Source of the DNA: an uncultured delta proteobacterium
GTDB taxonomy: Bacteria; Desulfobacterota; Zymogenia; Zymogenales; Zymogenaceae
Direction: 5' to 3'
Length of the DNA stretch: 64,000 nucleotides
Assembly (NCBI GenBank): GCA_963792965.1
Contig: CAWBYW010000005.1
Span: 33,064 to 97,063, forward strand
The position numbers were made by a program, and so were the translations under genes. The notes beneath the pieces were generated by a model that saw only the letters and a list, made by a program, of their open reading frames with translations, searched no databases and was not told where the DNA came from. This document shows, in pieces, positions 10,276 through 19,419 of the stretch (positions within the stretch are counted from its first letter, which is position 1; each line of letters starts with the position of its first letter).

Positions 10276-11664
10276 TCACGATCGAATGCCGTAGTCCTTG
10301 ATCTTATATAACAGAGCCCGGTAGCTGATGTCGAGCATCTTAGCCGCTTTCGTGAGGTTGCCGTTTGTTACGGATAAGGCGTCGGTGATTAAGCGCTTTT
10401 CGAGGGTCTTCGTCCCGTCTTTGATCGAAAAGGACGTCTGCGGCGATATACCGTCGCCCTTTTGTTCCCGAGGTTTTGCTGTTTCTGCGATCTCCGGCGG
10501 AAGGTCGGTTTTCTTAATTGTCTCGGAATCGGCCAGGATCATCGCCCGCTCCATACAGTTCTCCAGCTCCCGGATATTACCCGGCCACCGATAGGTCATG
10601 AGGGCCGAGAGGGCATCCTTTTCTATCCCGCCTACCGCAAGCCCCAGTTTTTCGTTGAATTTTTCGATGAAGTGCTCGACGAGCAGCGGGATATCCTCGC
10701 GTCGTTCATTGAGGGGGGGAAGCTTGATGGAGATTATGTTGAGCCGCCAGTAGAGGTCGTCACGAAACGTGCCGTTTTTCATCTCCCGTTCGAGGTCCTT
10801 GGCCGTGGCGGCGATGATGCGCACCGACACCTTGACGGAACCCGTGGCGCCTACCCTTCGCATCTCGCCTTCCTGCAGCACCCTGAGGAGCTTGACCTGG
10901 AGCAATACCGGAAGCTCGCCGATCTCATCCAGGAAAAGGGTCCCCCCGTCGGCCTCCTCGAACAGCCCCGGCTTGTCCTTCACGGCGTCGGTGAAGGCCC
11001 CTTTGACGTGGCCGAACAGCTCGCTCTCGAGGAGATTCTCGGGGATCGCCGCCAGGTTCACCGCCACAAACGGCCCGTGCTTTAGGGAGCTCTCGTAATG
11101 AATCGCACGGGCGATTAGCTCCTTCCCGGTTCCGCTCTCGCCGGTAATCAATATTCCCGTCGAATATCCGGACACCTTCCGGATTGTCTCGAATATCTTG
11201 TGCATGACGTTATTCTTGGTGATGATGTCATGGAAGGTGTATCTCTTGGCGAGCTCCCGTCTGAGCCTGATGTTCTCGTCCCTGAGGTTGCGGCTCTCCC
11301 GGGCCTTGCCCAGCGTAAGAATAATCTCGTCGAGCCGGAATGGTTTTGAGACATAATCATAAGCCCCCAGCTTTATCGCCTCCACGGCGTTGTCTATCGT
11401 CCCATACGCGCTCATCATAACCACCACCGCGTCGTTTTTCCTGGCTTTAAGCCGCCGCAAGAGCTCAATCCCGTCGATGGTGGGCATCACCACGTCCGAG
11501 AGGATAATATCATAATGCTCCGTTTCGGTCTTTGAGAGGGCCACCGCACCGTCTTCGGCTACCGTCACGACAAACCCCTTATCCGACAGAAAATCCGAGA
11601 GCATTTCGGCCATCGAGGAGTCATTCTCGACGATCAGTATTTTATTATAGCCCCTCACGCTCAT
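10276..11664 (-). CDS. Sigma54-dependent response regulator (REC-AAA+-HTH Fis), PilR/AtoC-like
   Basis: REC (ILSDVVMP...KPF), Walker A GESGTGKE, ESELFGHVKGAFTDA, LFLDEIGE, WPGNIRELEN, C-terminal HTH. Confidence 0.92.
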   Translation of the reverse strand: MSVRGYNKILIVENDSSMAEMLSDFLSDKGFVVTVAEDGAVALSKTETEHYDIILSDVVMPTIDGIELLRRLKARKNDAVVVMMSAYGTIDNAVEAIKLGAYDYVSKPFRLDEIILTLGKARESRNLRDENIRLRRELAKRYTFHDIITKNNVMHKIFETIRKVSGYSTGILITGESGTGKELIARAIHYESSLKHGPFVAVNLAAIPENLLESELFGHVKGAFTDAVKDKPGLFEEADGGTLFLDEIGELPVLLQVKLLRVLQEGEMRRVGATGSVKVSVRIIAATAKDLEREMKNGTFRDDLYWRLNIISIKLPPLNERREDIPLLVEHFIEKFNEKLGLAVGGIEKDALSALMTYRWPGNIRELENCMERAMILADSETIKKTDLPPEIAETAKPREQKGDGISPQTSFSIKDGTKTLEKRLITDALSVTNGNLTKAAKMLDISYRALLYKIKDYGIRS

Positions 11665-11757
11665 CTCCCTGAAAGATTTGCGTATTATATATCAATTATT
11701 GAGCGTTATCAATACCTTATCTTACCGTTCAGGTTGCGTTTGGGGCCGAAAGGTGCT

Positions 11758-13788
11758 ATGATGTCGCCCAAGGAGGCGATCGTGAAGCTCAAGGGAGACA
11801 TCATCCTCATCGAGGACGACCCCTCGGTCCTTTCGGCGATACGACGAATACTCGAAAGGGACGGATACGGTGTCTCCGGTTTTACCGAGCCTTTGAAGGC
11901 AGTGGAATCCCTCTCGAAACGCGCGCCTATTACCTCCGATCTTATGATCATCGATATTAACCTCCCCTCCATTGACGGGTTTGACGCCTCGCGACGTTTG
12001 AGGGAAATCCCACGTCTTTCCGATATCCCCATCATCTTCATATCGGCCATCCATACGGGATCCGACGAAATGGTCCGAGGGCTTGGTCTGGGCGCGGTCG
12101 ACTATATCATAAAGCCGTTTGAGCCCGACATATTTCTCAAGAAAGTGGAGAACTTCATCAGCCTGAGACAGGGCAAGGAGCGCATCGAGTCGCTACGCCG
12201 CCGTTACCAGCTCCTGTTTGAGCAGTACAATGACCCGACCCTCATCCTTGACCACAAGGGCTCGGTCATCGAGGCAAACAATGCCGCCCGTACGATACTC
12301 GACGTTGCGACCGAAAAGAGCCCAACGCTCTTTGACCTCATCCACCCCGACGACAGAGAGACGACCGTGCAGATGATCACCGACCTCTCCACAAGCTTAG
12401 AGCCCCAAAGCCCACGCCTTATCAGGATGAGAGATAAGGGCGGCGTGTATCTCTGGATGGAGGTCAATGGGGGGGCCTTCATACGCGACACGATGCCTGA
12501 CTCTATCCATGTCACGGCCCGGGACGTCACGGATCGGATTGCCCTTACCACGAGCCTTACCCTGCTGTATGACACGTCCCGCAGGCTCTCGGCCGCGCTT
12601 GATATCGAAGAGATCTTTCCGATACTCACCGATTCCATACGCGAGGCGGTGGACGCCGACCGCATCGGCATCATCACGCTTGACGACGACGGCTCCGCCG
12701 TCATACGGGCCACCACGAGGATGGGGCGAGACGATTTTTACCTCCCCCATCCCATCGACCTCTCCCGTTATCCCGAATATCTTAAGGTCATAGAAGAAAG
12801 GAGGTTTCTCCATATACAGGACGCAAGCCGGACCCCGATACTGGCCGACCAGGAGGAGCGGATCAAGAAGGCCAGGGTAAGAAGCGTCCTTTTGGTACCC
12901 ATCGTTATGGGTCAGCACGTCTACGGCATCATCAGCCTCGCTCGACTCGGGAAGATCAGGCCGTTTTCCACCGCGGACTCGACGGTGCTTACGTCCGTGG
13001 CGGACCTGGCCGCCCTCTCGATGGAGAACGCCCGGCTCTTTTTCGAGACGAAGAAGAACGAGCAGTTCAAGTCTCACCTGATCAATGTCTTCACCCACGA
13101 GGTCGGGACTCCCCTCGGCACCATCATGGGCTATACCCAGCTCCTCATGGAGGAAATGAAGGACAACCAGAAGAACATGAAGCACCTCCAGGCCGTCTTG
13201 GCGGAAACCGACCGCCTCAAGGTGATTATGGAGAACTTCCTCGACATCACCCGGCTCAGGTCCGGCAAGATCAGGCCGAAGCGGGACGAGGTTAATCCCT
13301 CTATCCTGGTCCAGAAAGTCTTTCGGGATTTCGCCGATCGGTTCAAAGAAAAGAAGATCGACTGCCGGATCAGCCACAGCTCCGACGACTTGAGAATCGA
13401 GGGTGACTTGACGCTCTTGGAGAGCGCACTGGATAACCTCCTCAAGAACGCCCTCAAATACACCCCTCCGGGCGGGGCCGTCACGATGGCCCTCACGGGA
13501 TACCGCAGCCCCTACGATCTTCCTAACACGTCGATCCCTCGCCACGCGACACCCCCTTTCATAACGATCACGGTGGCCGACACCGGCATCGGTATCCCGG
13601 AGGATGAACGGGGACGTATCTTCGAGGAGTTCTATCGCGGCAAGAACGTACCCCCCGGAGAGAAGGGCGCGGGACTGGGGCTGACGATCGTCAAGGAAAT
13701 AATCGAGGCGCACGGCGGGATCGTCCGGCTGATCCCGACGAAAGGGACCGGGAGCACTTTTGAGATCATCTTGCCGGCAAGACAGTAG
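11758..13788 (+). CDS. Hybrid cytoplasmic histidine kinase REC-PAS-GAF-HisKA-HATPase
   Basis: REC (EDD...DINLP...KPF), PAS (IHPDDRE), GAF (SVLLVPIVMG...LSMENARLF), H-box THEVGTPL, N/G boxes NLLKNALKY, DTGIGI, GAGLGL. Confidence 0.9.
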   Translation: MMSPKEAIVKLKGDIILIEDDPSVLSAIRRILERDGYGVSGFTEPLKAVESLSKRAPITSDLMIIDINLPSIDGFDASRRLREIPRLSDIPIIFISAIHTGSDEMVRGLGLGAVDYIIKPFEPDIFLKKVENFISLRQGKERIESLRRRYQLLFEQYNDPTLILDHKGSVIEANNAARTILDVATEKSPTLFDLIHPDDRETTVQMITDLSTSLEPQSPRLIRMRDKGGVYLWMEVNGGAFIRDTMPDSIHVTARDVTDRIALTTSLTLLYDTSRRLSAALDIEEIFPILTDSIREAVDADRIGIITLDDDGSAVIRATTRMGRDDFYLPHPIDLSRYPEYLKVIEERRFLHIQDASRTPILADQEERIKKARVRSVLLVPIVMGQHVYGIISLARLGKIRPFSTADSTVLTSVADLAALSMENARLFFETKKNEQFKSHLINVFTHEVGTPLGTIMGYTQLLMEEMKDNQKNMKHLQAVLAETDRLKVIMENFLDITRLRSGKIRPKRDEVNPSILVQKVFRDFADRFKEKKIDCRISHSSDDLRIEGDLTLLESALDNLLKNALKYTPPGGAVTMALTGYRSPYDLPNTSIPRHATPPFITITVADTGIGIPEDERGRIFEEFYRGKNVPPGEKGAGLGLTIVKEIIEAHGGIVRLIPTKGTGSTFEIILPARQ

Positions 13789-14054
13789 GGAATTCCCCTG
13801 ATATTCTTATCGGTCTTGATAAGGCGCGTACTGCCTGAGAGAGAGGGATGAACATCCTTCTGCTTCATAAGGCCGACGGCATGCGATATTCTATAGACAA
13901 CCTATGACAAACGAGGCGACAGCTCGACCGCAAACGGATAAGCTCGGCGAGACGGATCGTTGAGCACGTCGGTCAGCCGTTTCTCATTGTCGGTGCCTCG
14001 TTGCCCATCTCACTTTCTCTTGCGGTCTTTTCGTTCGTGCGGAAGTAAAGCGGA

Positions 14055-14873
14055 TTAGGTATTCCGCTTCTCGATGAAAAGCTTCTTGGCCGAGAAAGCC
14101 AACAAAAAGAGGAAGAAGTTGAAAAGGACGATCGTCCCGCCCGTGGGGAGATCAAGGAGGAAGGAGATCAAAACCCCCATCACGACCGACAACACCGCCG
14201 ACGCCGCCGAAAGGATGAGGCTCGTTCTAAAGCTCTGAGAGATCTGAAGGCTCGTTACCGCGGGCAGGATTATGAGGGCCGATACAAGGAGGAGCCCCAC
14301 CACCCGCATCCCCACCACCACTACGAAGGCCGCGATGGCGGCAAAAAAATAGTTATAACGGTCCACACGAATCCCCATGGCGCGCGCCGCCTCCTCGTCA
14401 AAGGTCATCGCAAAAAGATCATGATAGAATAATATGACAAAGAGGATCACGAGGGCCGAGATTACGATCGACACGACGAATTCCGTCTTGCCGATCGTCA
14501 AGATGCTGCCGAAGAGGTAGCTCATGAGATCGACGTTGAAACCCCTGGCAACGCTGGCGATGACGACCCCTACGGCCATCCCCACGGCCGATACGATCCC
14601 GATGGCTACATCGGCGTAAATCTTCACCCGTTGCTGCATCTTGAGTATTCCCATCGAGGCAAGGAGGGTGATGATCAGCGTCACCCAGAACGGCTGCCGG
14701 GAAAAGAGGAGCCCCACCGCAACCCCGCCGAAGGCGACGTGCGTCAGTCCGTGGCCGATCAGGGCGTAACGCCTGAGCACCATGAAGACACCGAGCAGCG
14801 CGCAGGCCGTCCCGACAAAGATCCCCGTGAACAGGGCCCGCTGGATAAACCCGTACGTAAAGATATCAAACAT
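14055..14873 (-). CDS. znuB: Zinc/manganese ABC transporter permease
   Basis: ABC-3 motifs GHGLTHVAFGG, DLMSYLFGSIL, TFDEEAARAMG. Confidence 0.9.
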   Translation of the reverse strand: MFDIFTYGFIQRALFTGIFVGTACALLGVFMVLRRYALIGHGLTHVAFGGVAVGLLFSRQPFWVTLIITLLASMGILKMQQRVKIYADVAIGIVSAVGMAVGVVIASVARGFNVDLMSYLFGSILTIGKTEFVVSIVISALVILFVILFYHDLFAMTFDEEAARAMGIRVDRYNYFFAAIAAFVVVVGMRVVGLLLVSALIILPAVTSLQISQSFRTSLILSAASAVLSVVMGVLISFLLDLPTGGTIVLFNFFLFLLAFSAKKLFIEKRNT

Positions 14874-14916
14874 GGATCGTCCTCACCTGAACGCCCGGTG
14901 TCGCCCGGAGTCGCCG

Positions 14917-15711
14917 CTACCTTTTCTTTTTTAGCTCGTCTTCCGGGTGCTGATGGCATATGATGTGCTGGTAGCTGCCGAAATATTCGCTCATGTCCTC
15001 AGCTATGCAGAAATTCCCGCCGTCGCCGAAGAAGACCTGTTGCTTGTTGATGTAGAGGATCTTGTTGTTATGGATATTCATCCCCGCGATGTCGTGGTTG
15101 ATCAGAACGATGGTCGTTCCCGCTCGATTCAAATCGTCGACGATCGCGAAGAAGTCCTGCCTGATCGTGGGTTCCACCGCGGCGGTCGGCTCATCAAGAA
15201 AGAGCAGCTCAGGACCGGCAACGAGGGCCTTGGCCAAGAGCACCCTCTGCAGCTGACCGCCCGAGAGCTCTCCGATGCGGCGCTCCTTGATAGCCGATAT
15301 CCCCACCCGCCCGAGGGTATCCTCGACCCGTCTCCTGTCGGCCCGCGTGAGCCGTTTGGGCTGCCCCTTCTCGGCCAGGAGACCCATCTCGCACACCTCC
15401 GTTACCGACGCGGGGAAATAGGGGTCGAAGAAGGCGATCTTCTGGGGAACATAGGCGATCCGATCCCACCGGTCGAAATCCCGCACGGAGCGCCCGAAAA
15501 GCGTGATCGAGCCCGACTGGGGCCGAAGGATCCCGAGGATCACCTTGACGAGGGTGGTCTTGCCCGAACCGTTGGGGCCGATCATCCAGAGATAGTCTCC
15601 TCTGCCGAGGGTAAACGTGATTCCCTCTATGACCGGCCAGTGATTATAGCCGAAGGTAATATTCTTGACCTCAAGGACGTTCGGCGATTCTCCCATCGAT
15701 CCTATCGACAT
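14917..15711 (-). CDS. znuC: Zinc ABC transporter ATP-binding protein
   Basis: GPNGSGKTT, LSGGQLQR, LFLDEPT, C-terminal His/Cys tail. Confidence 0.9.
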   Translation of the reverse strand: MSIGSMGESPNVLEVKNITFGYNHWPVIEGITFTLGRGDYLWMIGPNGSGKTTLVKVILGILRPQSGSITLFGRSVRDFDRWDRIAYVPQKIAFFDPYFPASVTEVCEMGLLAEKGQPKRLTRADRRRVEDTLGRVGISAIKERRIGELSGGQLQRVLLAKALVAGPELLFLDEPTAAVEPTIRQDFFAIVDDLNRAGTTIVLINHDIAGMNIHNNKILYINKQQVFFGDGGNFCIAEDMSEYFGSYQHIICHQHPEDELKKKR

Positions 15712-16655
15712 TGAAGACCCTTCTTGAGCTGTTGGAGGTTGTCCCTCATGAGATCGACGAGGGTGATACCCTGATCGAACTTGTCCTTAGGAAGCTCGTG
15801 CCCCGGATTCAGGAAAAGGATCTGGACACCGGTCTCCCCCTGGATCGTTTCCGCCACCCGCGGCTCGATCATTTCCTCGGCAAATATATATTTCGCGTGC
15901 TTTTGTTTTATCAGGTCGATGACGGAGCGGACCCGCTCCGGCGTCGGCTCGGCGTCGGGCGAGATCCCGAAGACCGAGACAAGCGTAAGTCCGTAACGGT
16001 GAGCGAGGTAGCCAAACGAGAAGTGTCCCGAAGAGATGATCTCCCTGTTTTGGCAGTCCTTGAGCGCGTCCCGATAGAGCGCATCCAGCTCGTCGAATTT
16101 CTTCTTGTAAGCCTCCCCCCGCTCACGGTATGCCTGCTCGTGCGCGCCGTCCTTCTTGATAAACGCCGCCGTTATGGTATCAATCTCTTTCTTGGTGTTA
16201 TCGAAGTCGAGCCAGATGTGGGGATCGACGGCCCCCTCGCCGGCTGCGCCGCCCTTTTCGGGCTCCCCCTCACCGGCCCCTGACATGAGGGTTATCCCGA
16301 CGCTCGCGTCCACTACGAGCAGATTCGGGTTCTTAATCCCCGAAAGAATATCTTTCGCCCAGCTCTCCATCCCCGCCCCGTTCATAATGAAGATATCGGC
16401 CCCCTCGAGTTTCTGGATGTCCTTGGGCGTCGGCTCAAAGGTATGGGCCTCGGTGCCGGGGGGGATTATGATTTCATAAACCGCATTGTCCCCACCCACG
16501 GCGCGGGCCAGGTCATAGACCGGAAAGATGCTCGCAACCACGGTGAGTTTCCCCTCCGCCTTCTTCTCCGGTTGGCAGGAGACCAGCACGATGACGAGAG
16601 AAACGAAAACGACAACAACGGTCGCCCATGAGAAGCGTTTAATAGTTCCGTTCAT
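15702..16655 (-). CDS. znuA: Zinc ABC transporter substrate-binding lipoprotein
   Basis: Lipobox LVSC; EAHTFEPTP, DPHIWLD, HFSFGYLAHRYGL. Confidence 0.9.
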   Translation of the reverse strand: MNGTIKRFSWATVVVVFVSLVIVLVSCQPEKKAEGKLTVVASIFPVYDLARAVGGDNAVYEIIIPPGTEAHTFEPTPKDIQKLEGADIFIMNGAGMESWAKDILSGIKNPNLLVVDASVGITLMSGAGEGEPEKGGAAGEGAVDPHIWLDFDNTKKEIDTITAAFIKKDGAHEQAYRERGEAYKKKFDELDALYRDALKDCQNREIISSGHFSFGYLAHRYGLTLVSVFGISPDAEPTPERVRSVIDLIKQKHAKYIFAEEMIEPRVAETIQGETGVQILFLNPGHELPKDKFDQGITLVDLMRDNLQQLKKGLQCR

Positions 16656-16688
16656 AAGACACCTCCATCGTACTTCTGTTCGGCAATT

Positions 16689-17151
16689 TCAAACCGTCTT
16701 ACTGCAGCGGGCGCAGAGCCCCGAGAGCAATACGCTCTCCTCCTCGACGATATATCCCTTCGCACGAATATCCAGATGCGCAACGGCCACGTCGTCCAGA
16801 CAATCCATCCTCCCGCATGAGCGGCAGCTAAAATGGGGGTGGCGAGGCCGCCTCGTGTTCAGGGCAAAGCGGCTGACTTTATCGGCCCCCTCGATCCTAT
16901 GGACGATCCCGCGCTCGCAGAAGATGCGCAGGGCGCGATATATCGACGCGGGGTCCATCGCGTCCCTACCGAGTGCGGCCAACAGCTCGCCGCCGTTCAT
17001 CGGCCGCCCCGCCGTCATAAGGGTCTGGATGATTTTGACCCGACCGACGGTCCTTTTTAGGCCTCCGGTCTTTGAGGATTCCCTCGCTCGCGATCGCGTC
17101 CCTTTTCCTTTGGTGGCCGGGAATGATCCAATATTTTTTCGTCCTTGACAT
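16689..17151 (-). CDS. zur: Fur-family regulator, probably Zur (frameshift ~17070)
   Basis: ASIYRAL...HPHFSCRSCG...GLCARC; 5' part (ATG 17151 after AGGAGG) joins by removing one A in CTCAAAGACC; heads the znu operon. Confidence 0.7.
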
Positions 17152-17177
17152 CCTCCTTAAGGAATAGACACACTCTC

Positions 17178-17206
17178 ATGCTAGTACAAACGCAAATGAA
17201 TTGCAA
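17178..17206 (-). promoter_or_regulatory. Sigma70 promoter overlapping a putative Zur box
   Basis: Minus strand TTGCAA-N17-TAGCAT; palindrome GCAA-ATGAA-TTGC at 17192-17204. Confidence 0.6.
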
Positions 17207-17349
17207 TAAGATTATATGGCGAGCGAGCCCGGTGGCGAGCGGATTATCTCAAACCGAAGAAGCGAAAGTCGTAATAGAGCGGACAAGATGCCAGGGTCGC
17301 TTAATTAGTCTTTCGATCGGAACGCAAAAGGTGAGACCCGTATCTTACC

Positions 17350-18552
17350 TTACTTTTTCTTCGCTTCCCAGCCCATAGGGGGGGTGCTTGAGGTCAGGAG
17401 TCCGCCGTAGAACTGGTCATTGCCGGCATAGCCCCCTTCCATCTTGAGGAACAACATATTACCGAGCCGATCCTTCTCTGTGCCGGGAACCGTTGCCGGG
17501 TCGATCTTAGCGTCGATCGCGCTCAACGTCATGCTGAACCGACCCCCCTCGTCGATTCTCGCCACGGCCTCATCGGTTACCGGAAAGGGGCTTTCCACCG
17601 CGTAGGTCGTCTTGCCGTTCACCGTCCTGAGGTACTTGACGTAACCCGGGGCGTACTCAATCTTTAGCTGATATTTCCCGACCTCGGCGCTGCTCGACGA
17701 AATATCGACGACCACGTCATGGACGTTTCTCCCGTCGACAAAAAGGGTTACCCCGACGTAGGAGATGTCCCCCGCCTTCGTCGTATACTTCATCTCGCCC
17801 GAATAGCTCCCCGTAAGGTCGGGCCCGACGACGATTTTCGACGGCAGGCGATACTCATAGACATCGGTTAGGGTAACGTTTTCGATACCCGCGAAACGAG
17901 CAAGTATCGTCTGTCTCTCCATATAGAGGTAAACGGCCAACAATAAGAAGACTATCACGAGCCCGATTCTGAAAATGGGGCTCTGCGTCACGTGCCGCCG
18001 TTCTTTCCGGTCCGCATAGAGCGCCTTCATCTTCTGGAAATGTTCTTCGTCCATGCCGCGGCTTTGGGCGATTGTATAGATCTGTTTGGCCTCGTATTTA
18101 CCCGCGATCTTTCGCTCGGGAGGGAGCGTAGCGGGAGGCCGGTCCTCTTCCCCCGGAGAAGGGGTAAAATCGTATACGGTGGAAGATGGTAAACCCGCTT
18201 CGGTGCCGGTCCGTGTCATGCTCACCAGCTCATCCTGGGACTCGCCGTGGCCGTGCACGAGCCAGGACTGATCACCCTCATCGGCGGCGGGCTCCGGGGC
18301 TGGTATCGGCTCGGGTTGCTGCATCGTCTCGCGTCGGAGGCTCACCTGCCCGCCCATCCTCTTGATCTCAATCCCAATCAGCTTCGCCTTATCGGCATCG
18401 TAGCTCCCGATCTTGCCGGGAAGTCTCCGACTCAGGGCCAGGAGCTTGGGTTCGGGTATCCCGAATCGAGCGGAAAATCTGCCGACAAACTCGCCCACTT
18501 CCTCGGACGAATTTCCCATTGAGACGATATAGACAGTTACCTTGTCCAACAT
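17350..18552 (-). CDS. Hypothetical single-pass membrane protein
   Basis: 400-aa ORF: small N-terminal globular domain, Pro/Glu-rich linker, TM helix IGLVIVFLLLAVYLY, beta-rich C-terminal domain. Confidence 0.65.
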   Translation of the reverse strand: MLDKVTVYIVSMGNSSEEVGEFVGRFSARFGIPEPKLLALSRRLPGKIGSYDADKAKLIGIEIKRMGGQVSLRRETMQQPEPIPAPEPAADEGDQSWLVHGHGESQDELVSMTRTGTEAGLPSSTVYDFTPSPGEEDRPPATLPPERKIAGKYEAKQIYTIAQSRGMDEEHFQKMKALYADRKERRHVTQSPIFRIGLVIVFLLLAVYLYMERQTILARFAGIENVTLTDVYEYRLPSKIVVGPDLTGSYSGEMKYTTKAGDISYVGVTLFVDGRNVHDVVVDISSSSAEVGKYQLKIEYAPGYVKYLRTVNGKTTYAVESPFPVTDEAVARIDEGGRFSMTLSAIDAKIDPATVPGTEKDRLGNMLFLKMEGGYAGNDQFYGGLLTSSTPPMGWEAKKK

Positions 18553-18663
18553 CTTTTCACCAGATAAAAGGCCGCGTCCTCTTTGTCTTTCATCCTATGA
18601 TGTATCGCATTACATGTCAAGCGCCCGTTTCCGGACAACATCCGTATTGCGCCCGGCGTCGCT

Positions 18664-19338
18664 TCAAGGGAGGAAAAAAAGTGGGTTGAGGGCAATACCG
18701 TGATAGCGGATCTCGAAGTGGCAGTGGGGACCGGTGCACCTGCCGGTGCAGCCGACATAACCGATGATCTGGCCGGTCTTCACGATGTCCCCCTCCTTCA
18801 CGACCGTCTCGCTCAGGTGAGCGTAGCGCGTCGAGAAATCATCGTCGTGCTTTATCTCCACCGTATTCCCATAGCCCCCGTAGTCCTCTTTCCTTCCCGC
18901 GACGACCACCACCCCTTCTTTTGCCGCCACGATCGGCGTCCCCCTCGGGGCAGATATGTCCACCCCTTCGTGGAGCCTTCCCCAGCGGGGCCCGTAGAGC
19001 GAGAATATCATGCCTTGCACGGGCCAAATGAAGATGCCCTTTCGAATCTTCTCCGTCAGCTCCTCTGGCGTTAACGGGGGCACCACGAGCAGCTTGGTTG
19101 CCCCGGGGATGAACAACGTGTCTCCGGTGGAAATATCCTCGGGGTTGTAGATCCCGTTGACCTCCGCAACGACTCTCGGGTCTGCCCGGTAGGTTCTGCT
19201 GATCCTCCAGATGTCCTCACCCGGCCCCACGGTATGGAAGACGCCCCTCCCTTCAGGCAGCAGCGTCGTACAAGCCGAAAGGAAGAATAATGGTATAATG
19301 AGCAGATAGCTCAGGGATCTATAGGCAGAATTCTTCAC
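18664..19338 (-). CDS. LysM + M23 peptidase lipoprotein (NlpD-like)
   Basis: Lipobox LSAC; LysM HTVGPGEDIWRIS; M23 HEGVDI...YAHL...HCHFEIR. Confidence 0.88.
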   Translation of the reverse strand: MKNSAYRSLSYLLIIPLFFLSACTTLLPEGRGVFHTVGPGEDIWRISRTYRADPRVVAEVNGIYNPEDISTGDTLFIPGATKLLVVPPLTPEELTEKIRKGIFIWPVQGMIFSLYGPRWGRLHEGVDISAPRGTPIVAAKEGVVVVAGRKEDYGGYGNTVEIKHDDDFSTRYAHLSETVVKEGDIVKTGQIIGYVGCTGRCTGPHCHFEIRYHGIALNPLFFLP

Positions 19339-19419
19339 ACCATGTCCATCACAGGTTCGAAACCCACGCCGCCCCGGAATTCCCCCTTTCTGTGTGGGGT
19401 ACGTCCAGCCATATCACGA

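Noticed and set aside
12397-13713. 438-aa minus-strand ORF
   Set aside because: Antisense shadow of the hybrid histidine kinase.
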